Shown: positions 37,738 to 46,729 of the stretch, one piece after another
How the letters are laid out: each line of letters starts with the position of its first letter
Numbering within the stretch: position 1 is the stretch's first letter
IMG/VR virus record: IMGVR_UViG_3300009161_000021
Strand: one strand, 5' to 3'
Source: a virus
Taxonomy: Duplodnaviria > Caudoviricetes
DNA length: 64,000 bases
The notes under the pieces: model-generated
What the model was told of the DNA's origin: nothing
The model's input: only the letters and a program-made list of their open reading frames with translations
The model's database searches: none
Made by a program: the position numbers and the translations under genes

Positions 37738-40700
37738 TCACTTGCACTTGCTGTGACCGCACGACTTGCAAGAGAGGCACCCCTCTTGATAGACGAGCTC
37801 GGGATTGCCGCATTCAGGGCACCCTTTTTCAGTTGATTTAGTACCATCCTTGATGTATCCCTTGAGTACCCGGGAGATTACCCTGGCGAATGAAAACATA
37901 TGACTATTCTTATCCTTTTGCAACTGTTCCACAACATAGTGGAGTGGCACCCCGTGTCTAAGAGCTAGAGAGATTGTCCTTGTGAAAGCACCCTGCGTCG
38001 GGTTGTCGAATAGGTTGATGATGTCCTTGAAGACGAGGTTGTCATCGTCGCCAACCGGAACCTGCAGGTTATAGGTTGTGACGCCATCCCGCTTTCCGTT
38101 CTTGACCAGCGTACCTGTTCTATACTTCTTCGGAATCTCGATATTTTCAGGAATTCCGCAAAATACTTCATACGGCTTGTCATCGGAAAGTCCCACAAGA
38201 ACGAGCCACGACTCGGACGTGTCACCGTTCCTGACGTTTGCGCGGTGGATGTCACACTGAAGGTTCTTTGGACGCTTCGGAATGAGTCGACCGTCCTCGA
38301 GCTTCTTCGTCTCCTTCTTGGGCTCATCGGTGGCGACGAGAACGCCGGTTCGGCACCCATCGCGGTAGACCGTGAAGCCCTTACACCCCGTCTTCCAAGC
38401 TTTCATATAGACTGCGTTGACAGTCTCCTTGGTGGCGCTGTTAGGAAGGTTGCAGGTCTTGCTGATGCTGTGGTCGACCCACTGCTGAGCTGCAGCCTGG
38501 ATATCGACGGACTTCTCCCAATCGATATCATTGGCAGTCGCGCCCCAGTACGGGCTCTCCTGCGGATCGGTCTTTCCGGTGACGTCCATCCACTTCTTGA
38601 ACCAGTGGTGATAGACCGTGTATTCTTGCCAGCGGTCTCCCATCGGGTCAGTGTAATCATGACGTGAGGTGAGATCACCCTGCGTGATCTTACGACGACG
38701 CTTGTACGAGAGCATGAAAGCGGGCTCAATTCCGGATGTCGTTCGTGTGAGACAGGAGACTGATCCGACTGGTGCGGTGGTCGTAAGGGCGATATTGCGT
38801 CGACCGGTCTTTCTCCACTGATCCTGAGTCGCAGTGCCGCAGGCATTCATAACCCGGTTGAGGTACGGGTGATCCTTCTCCTTGTTATAGTCGAAGACAG
38901 GGAACGCGCCACGCTCGACGGCGAGCTGGCAGGACGACTTGTGGGCTCCCATCGCAAGGTGCTGGTAGATGGCAGCGGTCATCTCGACAGAGAGTTGCGA
39001 ACCGTAGCGAACGTTTAGAGCGGCAAGCGCATCACCAAGACCAGTGATGCCGAGACCCGTCCGTCGACCGTTACGACCGGCAGCCCTGATCTTGTGCCAG
39101 AGATCCCATTCGATCTGCTTCACGTGCTGGGGCTGCGGGTCCTTCTCGATCTTCTCGAGGATCCGGTCCACGCATTCGATCTCGAGATCGACAAGGTCGT
39201 CCATCAGGCGTTGCGCTTTCATGACAACCGTATTGAATCGCTCGAAGTCAAATGTGGGACTTTCACCAAAAGGTCCCTTCACAAACGATGTAAGGTTAAT
39301 GACCATGAGACGACAGGAGTCGTAAGGGCTAAGCGGGATCTCACCACAATTTTTCACACAGATACCAGAAGATTCTATAAACTTGTCATCTGAATTTGAA
39401 GTAATCACAAAATAGTTATGGTTATCATCAACAGTGATGTTATAGACATCTTCAAAGCCGACGAATTCCACAGAGGTGACCTTGTGGTTTCCAATGACAC
39501 AGCTCTTGAAGTTGCTAAAGTTTTCAAATCTAAACTCATTAGAGATGTGTACTGGCGCACCGATGGACTTGGCATGTGATGTCCATGACCGCTTGGTGAT
39601 CTTTCCATCGCGTGCGTAGATCTTCTGGCCCTCAGAAATTAGATCTTCATTCGTGAAGCCGCTGAACCTTCCGTTGGTTTCTCCTGGATGAGATGCGAAG
39701 CTATGTTTCCACTCATCGTCCATCCGATGATAGGGATTGTTTTCCCCTCTCATTTTGGAGGCATGAAGCTCGCGATGGTCTTCGTGAAGAAGAACGGACA
39801 GGTTTTCGATTCGATCGTTGTAGCTGTCAAAATCCAAGTGATGGATTGCGTGAGTTTTCGCGTCAACTGGTCCGTCAAAGAACTCGTGAATGAGACGATA
39901 CTGCCGTCTATTCCTGAAGCCGTCTCCCTTGAGCTTCTCTCCCGTATTACAGATCTGTCTGTATCCGTTTGAATCGAAGGAGTTGAATGGAACGATGCTA
40001 TCACCAGACTTCAGCTCGGAGAGAGGAACATACACGAGATCCTTACGGAGAATCTTGTGATCTGGGGTGGCGCGAAGAGACGATCCATCATCCAGTGTTA
40101 GCTTCCAGACCTCTCTCTTTTCCCCGGTGAGACGGGGATTTCTGCCCATCTTTATAACAGTCCGTCCCGTCTTGATGTCTGTAGAATAGACCGTAACGTC
40201 ACGACCCTCTTGCGTAAGTTGTGCAATGCTTATTGCATTTCGTCCATCTGCGACCGCGATTAGGGAATCTCCCGTGATGCAAGGATTCGTCGAGATTGTC
40301 TTGTATCCGACATCTCGATAGCAGTCCACAATACCCTGATTGACGATTGTGTCCCAGAAGAGAGCGCCTGGTTCTGCAGAGGACCACGCAGCATCCACGA
40401 ACTTGTCCCAGACCTGCTTCGCATTGACGACCTTGCAGATCTCTGCGTCGAGCGGATGCGCCTCGACAGGCCAGCGGAGCGTGAAATCAGACCCGCTCTC
40501 GACCGCCTGCATGAACTCGTCCGTGAAACGGATGCTGATATTCGCGCCCGTGACCTTCTTCAGGTCGCGCTTGATATCGATGAAGGTCTCAATCTCTGGA
40601 TGACGACAGTCGATCGTGAGCATGAGTGCACCGCGACGACCGCCCTGAGCGACCTCTCGGCAGGAGTTCGAGAACCTCTCCATGAAGACGCCGATGCCGT

Positions 40701-41163
40701 CGGTGGTCCTCGCTGCATTCGTCGTGGGCTGTCCACGAGGGCGAATGTTGGAGACATCCATTCCGACGCCTCCACGTCTCTTCATGATCTGTACCTGCTC
40801 CTGGTCGGAGAAAAGGATGCCACCGTAAGAGTCATGTGGCTGATCCACAATGAAGCAATTCGAGAGCGATTGGAGCTGATGCGGGTTTCCGATTCCTGAC
40901 ATCGGCGATCCCTGCGGCACGACATCCGCGAAACCCTTGAGGAGCTCGTAGATCTCGTCCTCTCCCATCGGATTCGGATACTTCGCCTCGATTCTGGCGA
41001 ACTCCTTCGCGAGTCGACGGTGCATCTGATCCGGATCGGCCTCGAGGATGTTGTCATCAGCGTCACGAAGGGCGTACTTCATGAAAACATCCGGTGCTAG
41101 CTCATCTCCCTCGAAGTACTCGCTAGCTCGCCTCAAGACCTCTGCCTTACTGTAAGTCATCAT
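37738..41163 (-). CDS. nrdJ: Class II (B12-dependent) ribonucleotide reductase with intein
   Basis: PQGSPM, SLSNCF, GGVG, RRGALM, NP|CGE, GLGITG, TTAPVGS, TSGIEP, KGFTVYRDG, C-terminal CxxC...CxxC. Confidence 0.95.
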   Translation of the reverse strand: MMTYSKAEVLRRASEYFEGDELAPDVFMKYALRDADDNILEADPDQMHRRLAKEFARIEAKYPNPMGEDEIYELLKGFADVVPQGSPMSGIGNPHQLQSLSNCFIVDQPHDSYGGILFSDQEQVQIMKRRGGVGMDVSNIRPRGQPTTNAARTTDGIGVFMERFSNSCREVAQGGRRGALMLTIDCRHPEIETFIDIKRDLKKVTGANISIRFTDEFMQAVESGSDFTLRWPVEAHPLDAEICKVVNAKQVWDKFVDAAWSSAEPGALFWDTIVNQGIVDCYRDVGYKTISTNPCITGDSLIAVADGRNAISIAQLTQEGRDVTVYSTDIKTGRTVIKMGRNPRLTGEKREVWKLTLDDGSSLRATPDHKILRKDLVYVPLSELKSGDSIVPFNSFDSNGYRQICNTGEKLKGDGFRNRRQYRLIHEFFDGPVDAKTHAIHHLDFDSYNDRIENLSVLLHEDHRELHASKMRGENNPYHRMDDEWKHSFASHPGETNGRFSGFTNEDLISEGQKIYARDGKITKRSWTSHAKSIGAPVHISNEFRFENFSNFKSCVIGNHKVTSVEFVGFEDVYNITVDDNHNYFVITSNSDDKFIESSGICVKNCGEIPLSPYDSCRLMVINLTSFVKGPFGESPTFDFERFNTVVMKAQRLMDDLVDLEIECVDRILEKIEKDPQPQHVKQIEWDLWHKIRAAGRNGRRTGLGITGLGDALAALNVRYGSQLSVEMTAAIYQHLAMGAHKSSCQLAVERGAFPVFDYNKEKDHPYLNRVMNACGTATQDQWRKTGRRNIALTTTAPVGSVSCLTRTTSGIEPAFMLSYKRRRKITQGDLTSRHDYTDPMGDRWQEYTVYHHWFKKWMDVTGKTDPQESPYWGATANDIDWEKSVDIQAAAQQWVDHSISKTCNLPNSATKETVNAVYMKAWKTGCKGFTVYRDGCRTGVLVATDEPKKETKKLEDGRLIPKRPKNLQCDIHRANVRNGDTSESWLVLVGLSDDKPYEVFCGIPENIEIPKKYRTGTLVKNGKRDGVTTYNLQVPVGDDDNLVFKDIINLFDNPTQGAFTRTISLALRHGVPLHYVVEQLQKDKNSHMFSFARVISRVLKGYIKDGTKSTEKGCPECGNPELVYQEGCLSCKSCGHSKCK
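39349..40281 (-). mobile_element. 311-aa intein with HNH endonuclease at the RNR active-site Cys
   Basis: TNP|CITGDSLIAVADG...LRATPDHKIL (block B)...IHHLDFDSYNDRIENL (HNH)...DVYNITVDDNHNYF...CVKN|CGEIPL. Confidence 0.93.
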
Positions 41164-41169
41164 TTCTCC

Positions 41170-42561
41170 TTATTTCCCGCCCGTAACTTCCTGCCACTTC
41201 TTGCGCAGGAGCTTCTTGGCATCATTGTTATCTTGCGTCATGGATTCACTCAGCGTCAAGCTGTTCTCATCAAGAATCTTAATCCTAGATTGCGCGGTGT
41301 CGATGTGAATAGGGAAAAGAACGCCGTCCTTCCCAGCTCGATTCTTTGCCACGAAAAGACGACCTGACCCATCAGCTTTTTCGCTCGGCTTACGGGAGAT
41401 CGAGACGACGACGTCAGCGACCATCGCCTTGCCATACGCCTCGCTCATGTTCTCGAGACCGACGACCTCCGCACCCGACGCCTCACGATTCGCCTGCGAT
41501 GCGGTCCAGATCGGGAGGTTGAGCTCCATCGCCAGGTTTCTGAGCTCCTCGTAAACGAGCTTCAGCTCATGACGAAGGGAGTCGAAGGTCCTGGAGGATC
41601 TCATAATGTCGGCGTAGTCGATGACAATGAGACTTGGGACGAACCCCTTCAGGCTCAGCTTCTCGATGTGATTCCTGATCATCTGCACCGTTGCGGTACC
41701 TGTCGGGTACTCCTTGATGATGAGACGACCGAGGTCCATGTTCTTGTATGTGTTGAGAACGTCGTCCTTCATGTCGGGAACCTCGTTCGAGGGAATTCCG
41801 CAGAGGTTCGAGTCGTAACGAAGGCCGACAGCTGTCTCCGTGAGCTCGAACGTGTAATGAACGACGTTCTTACCCATCTTGAGAGCGTGAGCTCCCATCG
41901 CCGTGAGCCAGTGCGACTTGCCGACACCCGTCGGTGCCACAACGACTCCGAGCTCGCCGCGACCGAGACCACCACGGAAGATCTCCTTGCTGTCAAGGAC
42001 GTTGAGACCCGTCGGGCACGGGTTGCGGTTGATCTTCACGAAGCGCGCCTCAGCATCCTCGAAGAAATCGTGACCCGTGGTGTTCGCCATGCCGACGGAG
42101 ACGGCTTTCTTCATCAGGTCCACGACCGATTCGAACTTATCCGTCGCGACCATCTCGACTGCCTTCTCGAGCGCCTCACGGAAAGCCTGTCGCTTGCAGA
42201 AATCGAGCGACTTCTCCTTCGTGTAGCCGAGGTCACCAGGGTCAGGGTTCGCCCGCATCCGGTGCAGGAAGTCGATGATCTGGTCCTTGAGGATCGCATC
42301 AGGACCCTGCTGCAGGTCCTCCTTGATGATCGACACCAGGAGCTGCATCGTCGGGAAGCACTTGAACTTCTCGAAATGCTTGAAGTAGCGGTCCGTCAGA
42401 AACGCGAGGTACTTCAAGTCGAAGTAATCGGGCTTCATCACCTCGACCATCTGGGCTGCCCAGGCGTGGTCTGTCAGTAGACTTTGGAAGATTTTTTCCT
42501 GGAACTGCTTCCCATATTGGCGAAACAGGGCCTCACCGGCGTTAATCTCGTTTGAGAGCAT
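41170..42561 (-). CDS. dnaB: Replicative DNA helicase (DnaB/T4 gp41-like)
   Basis: APTGVGKS, FELTE, IVIDYADI, IWTASQANR, VAKNRAG. Confidence 0.93.
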   Translation of the reverse strand: MLSNEINAGEALFRQYGKQFQEKIFQSLLTDHAWAAQMVEVMKPDYFDLKYLAFLTDRYFKHFEKFKCFPTMQLLVSIIKEDLQQGPDAILKDQIIDFLHRMRANPDPGDLGYTKEKSLDFCKRQAFREALEKAVEMVATDKFESVVDLMKKAVSVGMANTTGHDFFEDAEARFVKINRNPCPTGLNVLDSKEIFRGGLGRGELGVVVAPTGVGKSHWLTAMGAHALKMGKNVVHYTFELTETAVGLRYDSNLCGIPSNEVPDMKDDVLNTYKNMDLGRLIIKEYPTGTATVQMIRNHIEKLSLKGFVPSLIVIDYADIMRSSRTFDSLRHELKLVYEELRNLAMELNLPIWTASQANREASGAEVVGLENMSEAYGKAMVADVVVSISRKPSEKADGSGRLFVAKNRAGKDGVLFPIHIDTAQSRIKILDENSLTLSESMTQDNNDAKKLLRKKWQEVTGGK

Positions 42562-42569
42562 GAGTGTCC

Positions 42570-43532
42570 TTAAGTATGAAGAAGATGACTTGTCAGTTGA
42601 AAGAAAGCGCGCTCTCGATCGAAATTGTTGATTCCGGACCTGACGAGCAGCCTGAGATACTCCATCTTATTGGCTTCTGGCTTGAATGATTCGAGTCCGG
42701 AATCGATTTTCCCGACTTGATTTCCAGACAGCGAGGAGACGTCAAGATTCATCAGCTGCCAGTTTAGACGTGCTTCGGCAGCTCCGTCAACTATGCTCTG
42801 AAACAACTGTGGGGCCTTCGGAGCCACCTTCGCAGCTGCAAGGCTGACAATATCATCCGGGCTGAGCAGGGCCTCTCCCGCGACTTCTGGGAACCTCTTG
42901 GCCATAGTTTTCCAGCCCGCGCCGTCGATTCCCGGGATCCCGTCGGAAGCGTCACCGACGAAGCAACGAGTAGACACGAAATTCTTCGCCGTGCACCCGA
43001 AACGGGTCAGGACGTCGGGCTCGTTGACGAAAGACTTCGAGGTTGGGCTCCAGATCCTGACACGATCGTCCAGAAGCTGGTAGTAATCCTTGTCCGATGA
43101 CATAATGACGCACGGATCGTCCTTCAGGCGGTAGCGGGCGACGTATGCGATGACATCGTCAGCCTCGCAGTCGGTGACATAGCTCTGCTGCACCGGTAGG
43201 AGCTTCAGAATCTGAACGAGGGTCGCAACCTGCCAGTTGCGGTTTCCTACAGTGTCAGGGATATCACCCTCGTAGTACCTGTTGAGCTTCTGGGGCTTTC
43301 GCTTCGTCTTGTACTCAGCGAAGAGAGCACGTCGTCTGGGAGAACCGCCTCCCTCCCAGACGACAATCACTCGCCTTGGGCTCAGAAACTCACATTTCTG
43401 CCCTAGCTCGTTAAGGAAGCCCACGATCCCGCCGACGGCCTGTCCATTCGCGCCCAGGGTTGGATTTGCACAGAAATGGCGTAACCAAACATTCATTCCG
43501 TCCACGAGAAGCGTGGGTCTTCCACCGAGCAT
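42570..43532 (-). CDS. Second 5'-3' exonuclease/FEN (T4 RNase H-like)
   Basis: LVDGMN, YKTKR, CEADDVIA, SSDKDYYQL, VGDASDGIPGIDGAG. Confidence 0.92.
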   Translation of the reverse strand: MLGGRPTLLVDGMNVWLRHFCANPTLGANGQAVGGIVGFLNELGQKCEFLSPRRVIVVWEGGGSPRRRALFAEYKTKRKPQKLNRYYEGDIPDTVGNRNWQVATLVQILKLLPVQQSYVTDCEADDVIAYVARYRLKDDPCVIMSSDKDYYQLLDDRVRIWSPTSKSFVNEPDVLTRFGCTAKNFVSTRCFVGDASDGIPGIDGAGWKTMAKRFPEVAGEALLSPDDIVSLAAAKVAPKAPQLFQSIVDGAAEARLNWQLMNLDVSSLSGNQVGKIDSGLESFKPEANKMEYLRLLVRSGINNFDRERAFFQLTSHLLHT

Positions 43533-44729
43533 TTAGGCCTCCGGGTCGATGTCGCCGGTCATCTGGTCACGAAGAGCTCGCATCTCCTCGTAGGACTCAG
43601 GATCGATGTCAAGATCGGCCGTGTTCACCGCGGTTCGGATGAGAGCTCTCTCGAGAAGACCATCAATCCACGGCTTGTACTGCGGATCCTTCCACATCTG
43701 ACCGAAATCGGTCTTGTGGAACTTCTTCTCCACGATATTCTCGTTCTTCTCATTCGTGACTCGCATCGTCTTCCACGCTGCGGTGCCCTCGATGCTCACC
43801 TCATGATCGTTCACCATGTCCGGACCGTGCTCGCGGAGGACGTCGAACACCTCCTCATGCTCCTCAATGCCCTGACCGAAGATGATCCGGAAGTGCACCT
43901 TGCGGAAGGGAGGCGCGACCTTGTTCTTGATCGTCTTCGCCCAGACGTTGATGCCGATCGCCTCGCCCTGCTTGTTCTCGATCGGCGCGCCGGCACCGAG
44001 CTTGAGACGGACCGAGGCATGGAACGGGATCGCCATGCCGCCGGGGGTCGTCGTGGGATCACCGTGCATGACGCCGATCTTTGTGCGGATCTGATTGAGG
44101 ATGACGAAGAGGACGTTCTGGTCACCGATGACACCGGTGATCTTTCGCATGCCCTTCGAGATCGCACGGGCCTGGAGACCAATGGTATCCTTGTCGTAGG
44201 CACCCTCGAGCTCAGCCTTGGGTGAGCTTGCGGCGACTGAGTCCCAGATGATGGTGATCGGGACGTCCTTTGCCATCGCCTTTGCCTTCAGGATCGTCTT
44301 CTCGGCGATGTCGAGAACCTCCTCGGTGCAGTGTGTGTCGACGTAGACAAATCGCTTCGAGACATCAACGCCGAGAGCCGCCAAGTTCTCGACCGAGGTA
44401 CCATTCTCGGTATCGATGTAGACTACGATGCCACCCATGCCCTGGGTGGATCGAGCGATCTGCGTTGCAATATGCGACTTTCCGATCGACGGAGGACCGA
44501 AGATCTCGACGATACGTCCCTCCGGGAGCCCACCGCTGGGCCTGTTCGCGATGATAAGGTCGAGCTGCTTGCAACCGCTCGAGATCCAACGCTTCACATG
44601 CGTCGGGGATGCATCGACCGCGAGGTTGTACGCGATTCGTGACCCATGGTCCTTGTTTAGGGATGAGATGAGCTCGCTGGTGAAATCATCAGCAGCGGTC
44701 TTCGCTGCTGCAGTATCCTTCTTTGCCAT
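43533..44729 (-). CDS. recA: RecA/UvsX recombinase
   Basis: GLPEGRIVEIFGPPSIGKS, YIDTEN, IWDSVAA, LQARAISKGMRK, LNQIR, TTPGG, KNKVAPPF. Confidence 0.96.
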   Translation of the reverse strand: MAKKDTAAAKTAADDFTSELISSLNKDHGSRIAYNLAVDASPTHVKRWISSGCKQLDLIIANRPSGGLPEGRIVEIFGPPSIGKSHIATQIARSTQGMGGIVVYIDTENGTSVENLAALGVDVSKRFVYVDTHCTEEVLDIAEKTILKAKAMAKDVPITIIWDSVAASSPKAELEGAYDKDTIGLQARAISKGMRKITGVIGDQNVLFVILNQIRTKIGVMHGDPTTTPGGMAIPFHASVRLKLGAGAPIENKQGEAIGINVWAKTIKNKVAPPFRKVHFRIIFGQGIEEHEEVFDVLREHGPDMVNDHEVSIEGTAAWKTMRVTNEKNENIVEKKFHKTDFGQMWKDPQYKPWIDGLLERALIRTAVNTADLDIDPESYEEMRALRDQMTGDIDPEA

Positions 44730-44744
44730 TTTTACTCCTTCGTT

Positions 44745-44773
44745 ATTCTAAATCGAGACGATAGAAAGTGCAA
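44745..44773 (-). promoter_or_regulatory. Host sigma70-type promoter for recA
   Basis: TTGCAC-N17-TAGAAT followed by AAGGAG SD. Confidence 0.65.
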
Positions 44774-44805
44774 AGGGCAGGGAAGCTTATTCAACTCCCC
44801 TGCCC
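44772..44805 (-). terminator. Probable Rho-independent terminator after the SSB gene
   Basis: GGGCAGGG...CCCTGCCC stem followed by TTT; overlaps the recA -35. Confidence 0.6.
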
Positions 44806-44826
44806 CCGCATCACCCAGCTAAGGGA

Positions 44827-45669
44827 TCAGAACCCGCTGTCCTCGAGATCGGCGAATGCATCATCGAGATCGCGTGCTGCGGCCTTCGGACCACCGCTCG
44901 AACGCTTCACGGGCTTCACATCGTCCTCATCGTCATCGAAAGAGGCGAGCTTATCGGGCTTCGGATCGGCCTTGGGCGCCGGACCGCCGCGGGTGGTGCC
45001 AGTATCGCTCGGGCTGCCACCGTTGATCCAATCATTCACGATCTTCTCGATCTCCTCATACGGCTTGAGGTTCGCAGCCTCGTCAACCTCGGGGATCGAC
45101 TCGATCCACTTCTTCGCCTGGGCGGAGTCACGGCTGAGGGGCTCAACCTTCGCGCGGGGTGAGATCTTCGTGTCGGCAAACTGCTTGCCGGGAAGCTTCG
45201 AGACCGAGACACGGATGTCGCGGCCCTCGAGCGGATCGGTAACATCGCCGTAGTCCTCATCGAGCATGAGGTTCAGGATGTCCTGGTAAACCATCTTACC
45301 GAAGGACCAGATTCGAACGCCCTTGTCCTCCTCACCACGAACGATGACAGGAGCGAAAGTGCGCATCTTCGGAGCAACCTTCTTCGCGAGCTCACGGCTC
45401 GTGTCGCTGCCCTCATCGTAGAGCTTACCACGAAGCTCCTTGATGGGATCGGCCTTGCCGAACTGGAAGGGCGCGAGGATACCTGGGCTGTTGCCAACGC
45501 CGTAGTAGTACCAGCGATCCTTGAAGGGCTGACCGTCGTTGTTCTGGAATGCCAGGAGTCGTACCGTGTACTCCTTGCCCTCCTCGGGCTTCCACTGCTG
45601 GTCACGCTTGTTGTTCTTACCGGAGAGTTCGCCGAGCTTGCGGCGGATTGCGTCGAGATCGATTGCCAT
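44827..45669 (-). CDS. Single-stranded DNA-binding protein (T4 gp32-like)
   Basis: MAIDLDAIRRKL...WKPEEGK..VRLL, VIVRGEEDKGVRIWSFGK, GRDI; acidic C-terminal tail ending LDDAFADLEDSGF. Confidence 0.85.
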   Translation of the reverse strand: MAIDLDAIRRKLGELSGKNNKRDQQWKPEEGKEYTVRLLAFQNNDGQPFKDRWYYYGVGNSPGILAPFQFGKADPIKELRGKLYDEGSDTSRELAKKVAPKMRTFAPVIVRGEEDKGVRIWSFGKMVYQDILNLMLDEDYGDVTDPLEGRDIRVSVSKLPGKQFADTKISPRAKVEPLSRDSAQAKKWIESIPEVDEAANLKPYEEIEKIVNDWINGGSPSDTGTTRGGPAPKADPKPDKLASFDDDEDDVKPVKRSSGGPKAAARDLDDAFADLEDSGF

Positions 45670-45780
45670 GATGTTTTAGTTTTTCCTTGATTGATTGTTG
45701 TTGATAGACGGAGAGTTTCGGCTTTCGCTTCCCCTCTCCGGGGTTTACCCGATGTCCCGCCTTTCGGGCCAGAACATAGG
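45670..45780 (-). promoter_or_regulatory. Structured 5' leader of the SSB gene
   Basis: Several GAAA/TAAA-capped hairpins and a GGAGAG...CTCTCC stem, then an unstructured AACAACAATCAATCAA tract before the SD; CTGAAA-N17-TACAAT upstream. Confidence 0.55.
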
Positions 45781-45808
45781 GAGATTGTAATTTATGGGTT
45801 GAGTTTTT

Positions 45809-46102
45809 TCAGCGGTTCTTTCTTTTCTTTCGCTTACCAAGACCACCGAACGATCGACGGGCGACGTTGACAACATCGCGACGTGGACCAGGCGGACGCA
45901 TGCCGAGCGGCATCGTATAACCAGCGATCGCACCGGCACCTGAGAACTCATCGAGCTCGTCCTCATCTTTCTCGCCCTCGTACATGCCACACTCATGGAC
46001 TTCACCAGCCTCATACATCGATCCGCACTCGGAACACTGACGCATTCCATCAAGCGCTTCCATAATCATGAGTCGAAGGTTTTTTCTGTCCAGCGTCTTC
46101 AT
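45809..46102 (-). CDS. Small hypothetical protein with two CxxC/H motifs
   Basis: MKTLDRKNLRLMIMEALD tag, CSECG...HECG; preceded by ATAATTA. Confidence 0.65.
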   Translation of the reverse strand: MKTLDRKNLRLMIMEALDGMRQCSECGSMYEAGEVHECGMYEGEKDEDELDEFSGAGAIAGYTMPLGMRPPGPRRDVVNVARRSFGGLGKRKKRKNR

Positions 46103-46110
46103 GCTTTTAA

Positions 46111-46695
46111 TTATTCGCTTCCAACCTTTCTGACGAGAATATCACGTGCGGAGCGAAGGAGAATTGTGAGCGTTGGCTCGGCGGTCGGAGCCAGACGACT
46201 TTCGACCCAATCAGGCGGACGGCTCGGACCACGGATCGCCATGAACTCCTCCTCGGTGAGATGGACGCCGTAATGCTGCAGGAGATAGAGCGAGCGCTCC
46301 GGAATCGTCATTCGTGACATGCCCTCGTTGGGCTTGTAGAAAGCGCCGAGCTTCTCGCGACGCCAGCTCTCCTCCTCCGGAACGAAGTACGATTCCTTGA
46401 GGTTGCCGACCTTGCCGAGCTCGTGGAGGAGACCGACAAGAAGGATGGACTCCGTCGAAGCTCCCATACCGAAACCATCATTGAGCTTCTTCATGCCCTT
46501 TGCGACAGTGATCGCCTGCTGGATGAGACCACCCGGCTCGCAGCCGGGACTGTCATTTCGAGGTTCAGCGGGACACATGAGGAGTCTCTCACCGAGATCT
46601 TCCATCATCCGAGTGAGACCGTCACCGCGATCGATCTTGTCAACGAGTTTGGTGTAGCTTGTCCAGAGGTCGGTAAGTTCGCGTTCGTTCATCAT
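46111..46695 (-). CDS. HD-domain-like phosphohydrolase (HD changed to HE)
   Basis: PGGLIQQAITV, LLVGLLHELGKVG, LLQHYGVHLTEEE. Confidence 0.65.
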   Translation of the reverse strand: MMNERELTDLWTSYTKLVDKIDRGDGLTRMMEDLGERLLMCPAEPRNDSPGCEPGGLIQQAITVAKGMKKLNDGFGMGASTESILLVGLLHELGKVGNLKESYFVPEEESWRREKLGAFYKPNEGMSRMTIPERSLYLLQHYGVHLTEEEFMAIRGPSRPPDWVESRLAPTAEPTLTILLRSARDILVRKVGSE

Positions 46696-46700
46696 GCCTT

Positions 46701-46729
46701 ATTATTGGCGGATGACGTTCATTTTGCAA
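46701..46729 (-). promoter_or_regulatory. Host sigma70-type promoter
   Basis: TTGCAA-N17-AATAAT. Confidence 0.5.

Noticed and set aside
37689-37847. N-terminal extension of the ClpP-like ORF and similar long 5' overlaps (29829..29966, 51874..51981, 7507..7596, 28261..28488)
   Set aside because: Artefacts of choosing the most upstream start; they overlap neighbouring genes, and downstream starts fit better
45715-45750. Possible hammerhead ribozyme in the SSB leader (GC-GAAA-GC followed by CGAAAC)
   Set aside because: The required CUGANGA core is absent upstream of the stem; kept only as a generic structured leader
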